A stretch of DNA of 64,000 nt, from the NCBI RefSeq assembly GCF_000150275.1, contig NW_002060943.1:6096008-6160007 (forward strand). Direction: 5' to 3'. The stretch's first letter is position 1. Each line of letters begins with the position of its first letter. Position numbers and translations under genes: made by a program. Origin of the DNA: Trichoplax adhaerens (taxonomy: Eukaryota > Animalia > Placozoa). Shown in pieces: positions 29,301 to 42,200 of this stretch. The notes below the pieces were generated by a model. The model saw only the letters and a program-made list of their open reading frames with translations. It ran no database searches and was not told the DNA's origin.

Positions 29301-32300
29301 ACAGCACGATCAGTAGCATTAGTATCCTATTTCTATGGTTTGAATGTAGTAAGTAAAGTAAAATATTCAAATTAAATTTTGCTATGCACTAATTACTGAC
29401 TGTTTATAGTCCTATAATAAGAAATTTTTAAATGAAACGATAGAGGTTTGATATGTACTTATTTTATTTAAAATCTAAACAAGCTTCTTCCGTTATTGAT
29501 GATAATGATAGTTTAGCAATAGCTGCTATAGCGATAGCTATTACCTGAAGATTGCTGTAGATATTGCGATGTAAACTTTCAGCCCACTCAATCCTCAAAA
29601 AAGTGTAATTCTTGTTTAATATCATCGCTAAACTAAATTCGGAATGACAGGTGTTAAGCTAAAATATCAATCATTACCTATATCTTTACGGTATCACTTT
29701 CCAACTCAGTAACTAACTATCCTCTAACTCATTTGACAAGCCAAATAATTCTTTATTCGAAAATGGTAAATGTAATTTTTACTTAATATTCTATTTTAAC
29801 TCGGCAATAATACCAAACGAGTTAATCTAGTGTATTATCAATTATTTATTGCTACGCTTAATAAAACAAAAATTGTAATTTCCTATCAACTCATTTCATA
29901 TTGTTTCTTCTGACAGGTATCGTATTCTGCCCAAGCCAATCTTCTAGCTGATCGTAGCACTTTTAAGTATTTTTATCGGACTTGCGCATCGGATTATGAT
30001 TATAACATGCCAAGAATATCGACGTGCAAATATTTCAATTGGACAAAAGTGGCTATTATCTATGAAAATGATCAATTATTTGTCACGGTAATTATTTCAA
30101 CTGAATTATAAACAATCTTAACGGAATTGGTTAATTCTAGGCAAGCGCTACGTTAACAATACTCTATGATAGCTTAATGTTAAGAAAATCTTATAGTATG
30201 ACTTTCAAATTGGACTAGGTTAAGAAGTGCTTTACAGAAATGTAGTTGTATTTCTTCTTAACTATTCGTATTATTCGGTGTCAAGATTCGCATATTATTC
30301 GTAACTAATTTCGAGCTGACACATTGCTCCTTAAGAATCAGTAACATAACTGAATTGGTTGTGGTTATTTGTTCTTAATTACGATTTCTAATTGGTGAAT
30401 TTACGGCCCTAACACAAATTGTAGTGTAATATGGCTTTCATGTTATGGGGAATCAATTACGTAACACACCTATTTTATGAAGTCTGCCTTTTATCACGTA
30501 ATTAATATAGTATTCTGAGCCATATATAGATATTAGAACTATTTTTAGGATACAACAGCTTTCATAACATAAATAATGCTGTTAAGTACGATATCGATTA
30601 GTAGTAGCTTCTAGCTTAGAAGAAATATAAATGGTAAGATAATATTAGTAGATACAAAGCAAAATTTCATGTAATATGTGCCTATAGCATTACAAATATT
30701 ACGAAATTCCATCTGATAAACGCAGGCTATCAACGCCCATCAGATAATTCAAGTTCTCATTATCAATTCTAATCATTTATTTACGTAATATAGGGCATAA
30801 ACCAATTTAAAGCAATTTTAGAAGAGCACAAAATCGAAGTTATTACAGTTGAAAATTTTGAACAAGGAGGCGATATGACAGATCAAATGAGATCATTGAA
30901 GGTATACCAGCAATATTTTATCTTTTTAACTCACTAGATGTAGAATTACGATCGATTATACTTAGTAAAGCTTCAATAAAAATCTTACAAAATAATATGA
31001 TTAATTAGTAATATCATAGTTAATAAAAAACAAGTGCATTAATCATTTTAATAGAAAAACTTTTTTATATTATAGAATAAAGGAGCCCGAATTATCTTCG
31101 GGTTCTTCTACGAAGACAACGCTCGTCGAGCTATGTGCACAGTAAGTCCTACAATTCCTGCAATTATGCGATATCTAATAGATTCTATTTACATCTTATT
31201 GATAGTAGATTACTATACTTATGTTCTTATAGCTTAAGTATTCGTTCTTTAATAGCATTGAGAAGGGTCAAGATATACTATAGTAAAATTGGTGTATCCT
31301 AATACTTATTTACACATTGTAAATCTAGCTATCATCAAGAGCAACACCATAAATGTTCTGTAAAAATCCTAGGATTTCCAATATTAAAATGTACTACTTC
31401 ATCAAATGATAACAGCATCTCATATCAGATAGTTGTAATTACCAAAGCGATGTAAGCTATTGAAGTTCAGTCAAAAATTTTAATTTTTATATTAAATACC
31501 ATCAGTTTATTAAACATTATCCTACATTCGACAACTCTTGTTCGTTGTTTTAGTTGTTGATAGAAACTGCTATTGCTTATTCAGATTTTCATAATTACTA
31601 TCAAATACTGTAACATATCAGACAATCACAGCCCATTTATTTCGTTGAAGCTGGAACTTTCTTTTATTTCGTGTTGATAAGTGGGCGATTCTATTACTCA
31701 TCCAAAGTTTAATCATATAACCGGCCTGAAACTATGTTGTTCTCTTATTTAACATAGTAAGATATTCCTTACTTTCATAGTCGGTTCGCATGTTACATAT
31801 GCTATAAGCCTGAAAAATTTTTGCGAATATGAATATTCATCAGACATTAGCCTGGCTTCAATTAGCTAGACAGGCGATTCTTTGTCGCTAAGGTTAATCC
31901 GTAATCATAACTGCAACTATTGATTAACACAATGGACTTCTAAAGTTAACATAAAGTCCTCACCCAATTACATTCCCATTAGCAAAACGAGAGTTGTTAT
32001 CTTCTTCTGCATTTTATACGTACATATGTAGTTAACATCAGGCTATTTAAGCTATAGCTAAACCTGAGGTAGCTATAGCAAAATAGAACTATTATAGCTT
32101 TTACATTATAAAATATCTATCTGCAATAACAGCCTGTAATAATAGAAGCTTGTATTGCATCTGGTCTTTTGCATTTCTTGAATCTTTACCTTTTTCTCAG
32201 GCATATCATTTCGGGTTAACAGACAAGTTACATCAGTGGTTCCTTCCATCGTGGTATCCTAGTTCTTGGTGGGCTAAAGGCGATAATAATATTAACTGTA

Positions 32301-35300
32301 CCATAGCGCAAATGCATCAAGCAGTTCAATATTATCTTGCCGTTAACGATAATTCCATCAATTCTGATAAAGAAGGAATATCAGGAATGGTAATAATGCT
32401 TTCAGTAATCGCACACAGAATATATACGCGTACTTACCCTACGTGCATAGCGATATGTCTAACAATGTAATATAATTCTTTTTAGGGTTGATTTAATAAG
32501 ATATCGCATGGATTTTTTATTAGTTATTAATATATCGCGTACTTTTATTTCCACTAGACTCCATTCGAATTCGACCAGCGCTATCGTAATCATAGCTCTA
32601 TCATCAATAACGTTTATCATCGCAATAACTTTGCAGCCTCAGGTTATGATGCTGTCTGGGCCATCGCTTTAGCATTAAATCGATCTCAAGAGCAATTTAA
32701 ATCTATGAATCGAACATTAGATCAATTCCATTATAATAATGCAGAAATGGGAAGAATTATAGCCAATCAACTTGATCAGGTCAAATTTGAAGGTATTTCG
32801 GTAAGTAAAGAGAAATTGTGCTAACTTAATTTATATTAATCTTACCTTATAAAGACAAGATTTAATGTACTATATTGCTTAATCAACGTAAAATAATTTG
32901 CGGGATAATGTATTATTGTTCATGAATATGAACTTATGCAATATGTATATTCTGAATTATTACAAGTATAAACGAAGGTATAAAATAATACAGGGACAAG
33001 AATTTTTACCTCTGTACTCATCAAAAATTATACGGAACTGTTAACTTGAGTTGCTTATCTTGTTTTTCGTATGTTTATTTTATAGAATTATATTAAATTT
33101 GACACCAAGGGTAATTTAAAAATCGATAAAGTTGATATCTTTCAACAACAAGGTAATATTCCTATTCTGATATCAGATTATACGCCAGCATTGGGCATAC
33201 TTGTGTATTTTAATATAAAAAAATGAGTCTAATTACTTCTATTAATTCAACTGACCTGGAACATATCTGAAATTATCAGTGTTACTGTACAGATTCTCAA
33301 ACTGATTTTCTGTAAATTATGTAATAGTCTGACTAATCAAAAGTCTGTTTTCAATATTATTTTCTAAATCAATCATTTATTAGACGGAAAAATTGTTCGA
33401 ATCGGATTAGCTTACCCATCAAATCGCTCGAGTAATTTCAAAATTGGCCGCAAAGTATTATGGAAAGGTACACTTCTCCATAAGATTGCTACTACAGCAT
33501 TTACAGACGGTACCCATTTCATAGCTTAGAAGTATTAAATGACTTCTAGTTGATTTAAAGCTGCCTTCAACCCGGAGTATAAATAAGCTATCATTACTGA
33601 TTTCTTCATTTTCATCATTATCCAGTATTGACTTATGTAAAGTAGTTACAAAAATTTAAGAGTATTTACTAGTTGCCCTATTCTAAGATCACTTACGTTG
33701 GTTTAGTCAATAATTACAAATCAATCAGTATACCTTATTCCTTTTTCTCGCTGATAACATACGTTGATTCGTGTATGGTAGCCGTAGTGGCAAGTGTTTG
33801 CTAACTTATAGCGCAACCTTATTCCCCTTCTTAAAATCAGGATTACATCTGCAGTATAATACGGCCTGATTGCTTTTGACTCTATCTTTTATCTATTATC
33901 ATTCTCTAGTCAATATTAATGAATAGATTATAATGTCAAGCGACATACACATATCTTATTATCATTATAAGTAAATAACGACTAAACTAGTTTAATTCCA
34001 TAACTTACTCGCTGCTATTCCCCGGTCAAAAACAAAAATAAATAAATGGTATTGGCAATATGTAGACGTACATCTTATTATAAAAAGACAATAATAATCT
34101 GATTCGTAATATTTCATAATTATATGCCGTTATTTTCCGATTGCTATTAATAGATAAATTATATGATCAAGCTGAATACGCTTACCACTATCTTACAAAC
34201 AAACCCTGACTAAATCCATTCCCATTTTAGAATTACAGACAAATTGTAGCTTGATTTATTTTATTCCGTAGTCTAAATTCTTCTGTCTTTCCATCTGTTG
34301 TTTTTGACCGATTTGGATTGTATGTTGAATTAAATTACATATTATGACTTGAATTTATATCATAGCACTATAATGAGGTAATAGCATAAGTAATAGAGCT
34401 TTGAAAACATTGATTAAATGAGAATAGTAAAAAATTCGTATGATAAAATTTAATTAGTATAAAGGATAATTTCTAAATTTTATTTTGTTAGGCAATAAGA
34501 TTCCCTATGATGGACCTATTCGGCGAACGATAACCTTAACCATTACACCGTCTCTTTTCATAACCATGGCTATCATATCCTCAATGGGCATTGCATTATC
34601 ATTAATTATGCTGGGATTGAATATAAAATATAGAAATCATAAGTAATTAAGCACTTTGTGAATGATTCAATGCCAAACTACAATTTCATGGATCGTAATA
34701 CATGTTATATTGCCAGTGTTTATACGTTAATACTGAAGCAGTAGAATATGTCTATTGTAGAGTAATAAAAGTGAAATTCCAATTTGTTTTTCTGCTGGAT
34801 TTAAAAATACGAAAGTTGATACAAATTATGTCGCGAGACATCTGTGGTTATATTTGCTTATACCATATAAAAATTATATTTCTTTATTACAGAATACATA
34901 ATGCTGACCGAAACTTAATTTTAATCTCTCAATATGCTATATGATTTAACCTAGACTGGCTAAAATATCAAATCCGCTCTTAAATACGTTTATCCTTTGT
35001 GGATTTATTCTTCTGTACTGCTCGATCATAGTTTTAGGCCTGGATGGTCGACTTCTTGATGATAAAATAGTCGATGTGTTTTGCAAGGTATAGTGCATAA
35101 TGGTTTATCGTAAAAGTAGGAATAAAGATTCAGTATTTATATGCAATTCTCCGTAATTAATGATCCTGACTTTAAACGAATACTTATCGAAAATATTACT
35201 ATAATCACTGCCGTTTTTCGCAATCCTTTTCAAATTAAAACGATAACGATACTAAAGATAAATTTTCCTTTGAAAGATTACTCCTTGGTTGTTAGTATAC

Positions 35301-37376
35301 GGTTTCTTACTCAGCTTTGGCACTCTTTTTTGCAAGATATACCGAGTTTATAGAGCATTTGCTCTTCTTAAGCCATGCAAAACGGTAACTAATGTTGGAT
35401 ACATACGTGTAAAATAGAAATTGATAACTTATAGACTTATACAAGTTTTCTTGTTGCCTTTACTTGCTTACTAGGGATTGAAAGACCCTCGTTTTAGATT
35501 GCTTATGATTGTATTATTTGCATTCAATACTATTATTTTGACATTATGGACTCTAATCGATTCGCCAACCCTGAAGAAAGTACTTTATGCCACAACAGTA
35601 AGAAAATATATCTGAGCCATTTAAATGCTGTACTTTTTCCTCTTAACATTGATAGCTCAGTAATATTCTAAACTTTGCACAATTTCTAGTCAGATATTAA
35701 CAATTACTTACAAATAAGGCTAATCAATTAACTACATATAAATCGAAAGAGTGTCTACATCTATACTTACAAGATCTCAATAATACAGAATTATTAGTCT
35801 CCTACCGTTTTAACGTGAGTTAATCTTGTCAATCTGGAAAGCATAACGGAAATTCGAGATATAAAATGAGTTTGATCGGTAGCAAATTTGGCCATATATC
35901 CTATGCATTAAACAGTCCTTCATACTGGATAGTAAGAGGATATAAATTTAGTTTTACCTTAATTCATTATAAGATAATCTAGTTACCTTTTAGAAATAAT
36001 TTATATAACATGTTCTAGATATTAGATAACAGTGAGAGATAAAGCAGCAAATATTATATTAACTCCTTACAAGTGCCAAATAATAAGAGAAATGACCGTC
36101 AATACATTCAGTTACACATTCAAGTACAATTTATATTTATGTTTTTGCACACTTCAGATTGGTTGCGTATCCAATTTCTAACAAATTTACAATAGTTACC
36201 ACTTTTATTGTATTTGCTTACATTGTGAGAATAATTATTAAGAAGTTAGTAATTTTTAATTACAAATTATTTCGATTTCAAATGTAATACTGGTTTCGAA
36301 ATATATTAAAACATCGCAGTATCATGGTACCATATAACTATAAATTCTCGTCTAAACTCTACAAACAAATATCCTTTAGCAAATCTACTTTCATCGATTT
36401 ATCTAACTGATCAAGCTAGTTATCTTTAGCATAATACCTAAATTTATATCTACATTTCAGGTACCATCCGTCTTTTTAATAGTACTTCTACCTGATTAAT
36501 TAAAGAATCTACATTTCATATAAGTTGCAACTTAAGACTAATTTTAAAATAATTTGATTTTTTGTAATTTTAACCAGATTATCAGCCCAGATTATCCTGA
36601 TACCATTATAACACCAGCTAAAGATTTGTGTGTTTCGAAATACACGAACTTATGGGTTGCTATTTTAACTAGCAGCAATGGTTTGCTAATAATTCTGGCT
36701 GCTTTTCTGGCATATGAAACACGTCAAGTCAAAGTACAAGGCCTTAATGATAGCAAGTACATTGCCATATGCATGTATAATCTTGTTTTATTGAGTGGCA
36801 TTGCTGTTCCCGTGGCTTTTGCCCTCCAACTTCATCAAGATTACCCCTACCTTGCGATTGCAAGTTTAATAATTTACTGCACATCATTATCGCTATGCTT
36901 ATTTTTTATCATTCGTGTAAGTAAGATTTTACTTATATCTTCTAGCTAAAAATATTTAAAATATACTGCTATAATTATCTCTGTGTTACTCAACTGTGGG
37001 TATCTTTAAATCTTTCAGTTTAGAATTATCTGTAAATATCCGGTGGAAGAGAGACCTATTAAGGTCTTAAAAAAGGATACATCGCTTATTTTATCGACAC
37101 AATGTGAATGCCAGTGCTCGTATACACAAAGTGAAGGCAAGCTCATAACTGCTCTAACCGTAAAGCTGCAAGAGGTACAGTAATATCAGATGTGAATCCT
37201 TAACCATTTTTAGACTAATGAGTATTATATTACTGTAGTCTAATAGAAGCATAGCTAATTATAGTAGCAGCAACTTGATGACTTTATTGCCAGTGTACTT
37301 AACTTTCTGTTTATATGACTTCTTCTATGCAGAAAAACGCCGAACTAGCAGCTTTGAAAAAAAATTTGCAATATTA
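26390..37376 (+). CDS. GABA-B receptor-like class C GPCR (Venus flytrap + 7TM + short coiled coil), ~16 exons
   Basis: Signal peptide, LYLGGFF...GAGIIPSVQMAIEDINNRNDILNDYNL (26390-26632), GPGYS (exon 29211-29348), YFYRT, GARIIFGFFYE, GYDAVWAIALALN, PYDG, LNIKYRNHK..KISNPLLN, FGTLFCKIYRVY, FLAYETRQVKVQGLNDSKYIAICMYN (36578-36916). Ends KLQEKNAELAALKKNLQY*. There is no cysteine-rich domain, as in GABA-B receptors. Confidence 0.9.
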
Positions 37377-37430
37377 AAAACTTTGGGAAAATTTTTTTAA
37401 TCAGAATTCAACTTGCAAATAATGTTATCA

Positions 37431-37540
37431 TACCGCCATAGGAATTTGCAAGCAATAGAGATAAACCTAAAATAACAATAATCTTATTCTACCGCTATAG
37501 GAATTTGCAAGCAATAGAGATAAACTTAAAATAACAATAA
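37431..37540 (+). repeat. 2-copy tandem repeat (period 59 bp) in the GPCR 3' region
   Basis: TACCGC(C/T)ATAGGAATTTGCAAGCAATAGAGATAAAC(C/T)TAAAATAACAATAA at 37431 and 37490. Confidence 0.9.
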
Positions 37541-39280
37541 CTAAATATCAGTTGTGGAATATAATGATTGACAAGCAGTAAATATACGAATTTTAAAGCT
37601 GGATGGAACTCTTATTCTCAAAGTAGAATTTTTATTTATTTACATTAACTTTTTCCAAATCTAACTGATTATACATATTCTGCTGTATAAGTTCGTGTTT
37701 ACCTCATTTACAATTAGCTTGAAATTTGCCTTCAATTTAAGGTTCAATAATTTAAGCGAATTAATATATTACTTCCTTTATTATAAAAGGTCTTTAAGTG
37801 TTAGTAGTCATTAAAATTCGCATATGCATATCATCCATCTATAAAGAATTATTTAATAGTTACTAATTAAGCTATAATTTACTGTTAGAATTAAAGTGCA
37901 TTTCACATAATGGATATGCCCCTATAAATAATTCTATGTTTTTCAATAATTATTAGCCGACCTAATGTAGTGCAAGACCTAGAAGTAGTGATTACAAAAT
38001 ATCGACTTTTACTTATTAAAGAGAACAATAATCCGTGTATTCAGATATATCCTATATTGTAAGCATTGATAGACTAAGAAAATGCGAATTCATAGTCTTA
38101 TCATACGTAATAGATAGCTTATAATAAGCTCAATAAATTGTATAGTCTATATCGATGATGTACAAATAGAATGCTTAAAAACGATATCTCTATTGCAACG
38201 GATTCCTATCCTGCCTATTACAGCATGTAATAATGTGTTACCCTCCTAGCCACCGATTTAGATGCATTTATACATCAAACAAGAAAAAATTCGAATTTGA
38301 GTGAACTGATTGCTTTAATAGTTTTATAGCTTCATCTAGTGCTTCATGAAGCATATAGGCATATAAAACTCTTCAATCTTACGTTTACATCAGTTGATTG
38401 CAAGCGTTTTATAATCTATTGTGGCCTAAATTTATTTTTTCAAGATCTGTAGAATCGTGCCGTAAAATTAATTACCTAATATTTCTCAGAAACAGGATTT
38501 ATATCCAGGTTACTGTAGCAATGTTGAAGTATATAAAAAGTTCTATAGTACTTCTCACACTTATTCACCTTATTTTAAAACAATGTGATGAAAAAAAATA
38601 GTAAATTTTTAACTCTTAAAACTAACAATTTCATAGTATAGCGTCAGATAATCTCAGCTTTAATACCGTATTAGGCTCCTATTATCAAATCATCAAAACA
38701 GCAATAGTAACTCAAACTTAATAAGTTCCAGAATAGGGAGCCAAAAAATGTCCATCTTCGGCTAAACCATACATTCCTAGCTCAGTTGTAAACACACGGT
38801 AAGTTTGTATTACAATTCAAAATAGGAAATTCAGTCGCCGAGATAGATTGTCATACAAACGAAGTACAAAACCGCGTTATTAGGTCAACTACAGTATATA
38901 ATTGTACACAATTTACTGAAAATAATCTAATTCGTTTTTGATGATCAAACAGAATCTAATTTACTTCACGTGATCGACTCAAAAAGTCAATGTCTAAAGA
39001 CACTTCGTAAAAAGCTGAAAACTAAATTCATGACATTCAAGTCATCCTTAACCTTACAAAACAAATTTTAAGAGCTTAACTACATCGCACATAATTTCAT
39101 GATTGATACATCTAGATCGTTTTTCTTACAGAATTAAAACACTGTATGCGATACATGTAAGTTTAATAATATGACGGCAATACTAGCGCAGTTTATTACT
39201 TTTTGATAAAGTTGATTCGCATAATAACATTGCAAGATTCTTTAATCTTCTTAATTTCAAACATAAGTACTGTAGACTCT

Positions 39281-42200
39281 TTAGGCATCATTACTACTCT
39301 TAGATTGAAGTTTCGATTTATTTCTATGGTAACATTGATCACAAACGCGTTGTAATCCTCGGTAGCCCAAATGGGACAAGTGCATTTTATGCCGGGTGCA
39401 CATCCTGCAAAAAACTTGTCCACATGACCTATGCATTTTCAAATTGGTCAAATCATTTATTTCATTACGTCGTTTTCAGAAAGTATATCAGTATTTGTAT
39501 CAAAAGTGTTTACTAAACTTACCTGCAATGATGCTGCAGACCATTTTGTAGACGTACGAGTAGTAATAAATGTACAAATATGAAAAAGGTTGTGTTAGTA
39601 ATTAGTTTTATATTTAACTTACATAAAGCTCTATCGATAGTTGCAAATGTTATAAGAAGATAATCAGTGCGTTTTTGATACCTTTCTCCTTATAGCAGTA
39701 AATCTTTGTTTACAGTCATAGCATTCAGTCGCTCGAACATCGGGAACCCATACAATACTATTAGATATATCTTCTTCGTCATCATTTACTACAGGTTCCT
39801 ATCATTGGAGTAGTTAATGAATAGGCAAAGAACTAATCTTAATATTACTAGCTTGTAAAGATGATATTAAAGGAAACAGTTAACTACAACACTAGCGAAT
39901 AACATATGAATTGTGTTAATAATATATACGTATACAGTACTTCTGGTTCTTCATTTTCAAGGACTTCTGATGAATTACGAAATGACGGTGATGCTTCACT
40001 GTAGCGTAAATAATAGTCGTCCCATAAATGTATCCTTTTCAAGCTGCAGCACGGTAGTATCACCTTACAGTAAATATTGGTAAGAGATTTTCCTTACAAA
40101 CTTAGCTACATTTTTAATTATCATACGAGTGTATCGCATTTCTCACACCTCCGTTGTTCCAAGATATTTCACATTCAAAAAATTCTCTTGATCTGCTATG
40201 ATATGTGCCCATAATGAAGGGGTATTTTCTTGTAGATTAGCCTCTTTTCTCTCTCTTTCACAGTTAAACATAAAATTTCCAAACCTACGGAATTTATAGG
40301 TAAGCAATGTTAGCATCAGTCTTAACTGTCTAATAAGGTACAATTTAAACTACTGTAGTCCATAATATTCAGCACTTTCAAATTAGCAATCTAAAGCAAT
40401 GTTTCTACAACTATACCAATAGCATATAGGATATTATTTACCATCCGCTTCCAAAATAATCAGCAATTCGTAACAAGAAATCCGAGTTGAATTCGAATGC
40501 TCTCGGAAACTGCTGCAACATCTTTATTATAAGATTATAACAAAAAAATTTTAGCCAAAATTTTTAAACTAGAATTTAGATGAACTTTACAGTAATTGCT
40601 CAAAGATTCAAGCTTTACCTGCCAAGCACAGTCAAGAAATTGTAAAAACACAGGTGATCGCTGGTTGGTTAGAACAGGATTGTTAATTCTATCTCCAAAT
40701 TTATGACCAAATGACAGCCATTCCTTTTCTATTAATACCTTAATAACCATAAGCCATACGTTACCGAGATTACAAGGCAACACATAAATGTGGAATTCTG
40801 TATATACCCTATACACTGTCAAGTGAAATGCTAAGACTTACTATAAATCCATCAATGGTTCTATAATAGCTATCTAACATTAATTGGGCCAAAGAAGTTA
40901 ACTGAGCGGTTCTATCCCATCCATCGCTACAATGAACTAAAGCACATATATGTCTTTGACTAATCCGCTGTGCAATCATAGTCGCACCCTATATTGTAAA
41001 GAAAGAATTTTAATCTAAATCTCACGTTTTAATCAATTGCCAATCCGTTAGTAGCAGAGAAAGCATATTATTGGTGAAATGTTACCACATCAAGCAATAT
41101 GTATAAACAAAGAAAGAGAACATTTATCAAAACATAGCAATATCTTTGGTACATCATAATACAGTACTGGAATAAGCTAAACACTGTACTATAATTAAGG
41201 TAATACGACACAGGATCTTCTCTGGCATGAGCCACATAGAGAAACAGAATAGTAGAGATTACTAGCAGACAATCGCTTATTAAGGTATTAAGTATTAATT
41301 ATCGGCCGATATATCAGTACATTACAGAACTGATTCTTAATTGCGAGAACAATTACCTTTAATATACTCTTTAGATATTGTAGCCATTGGGTTGATTCTA
41401 GTTGTGATAACCATTTCTTATCCGTTGTAGATTCACATATGGCAAGTAACTTATCAAAGCTTTCGCGCATAGCATGGATGTTAGCGATGTTCAAGTAAAT
41501 TAAGCGACATCCAATATAGCGATTGGTAATATCTTCAGTCCCTTTGCCCTATATCAAATAAAAGGCCCTTAAAAATTACTATTTACAATTTGATTTTGAG
41601 TTAATTATACTGTAGATGTTTAACTATCGTTCTAACCTTCAACTTATTACCACTAGCTGCCATTGCAGATCGTGCATCGAATATTACCAGTTCTTTCGAA
41701 TTCGGATTACAAAGACGTGCTTCTTCAACTAACAGTTCATCGTCTACTGAATACTAACAAAGATGAATGAAAATGACCAGCAAATCTAAAGATCTCACAT
41801 CCGAACTGAAATTACGGCGCTGTTATCGCCCATTTCTTTTACTCTACACTTATATCTGCATTATCCACGTCGCAACATAAACTGCTATCGAGACTATTTA
41901 CCTTTCCCATTGGGCCTACACTTGGTTGAGCAGATCTCATAATAAAGCTGCCATGACTTGCGTCATACCAGCTTAAACAAGGTATCCGACCCTAAATTAA
42001 ATAAAACACATAATATGCTAGATAAATCTAAATTATATATAAAGAAAACAATAAAATCGTTGAAATCTACATTTAATCTTCAGCCTATCATATATAAAAT
42101 TATCAGAAGTATTTAGTACCACTTACTCTAGATCGAAACTGAGCACATCTTTTTATAACTTCATCCTAACGGCATTGTAAAATTTGTAAACATGGTGTAA

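Noticed and set aside
39196-39423. 75-aa Cys-containing ORF on the minus strand
   Set aside because: An alternative frame of the FYVE-encoding last exon.
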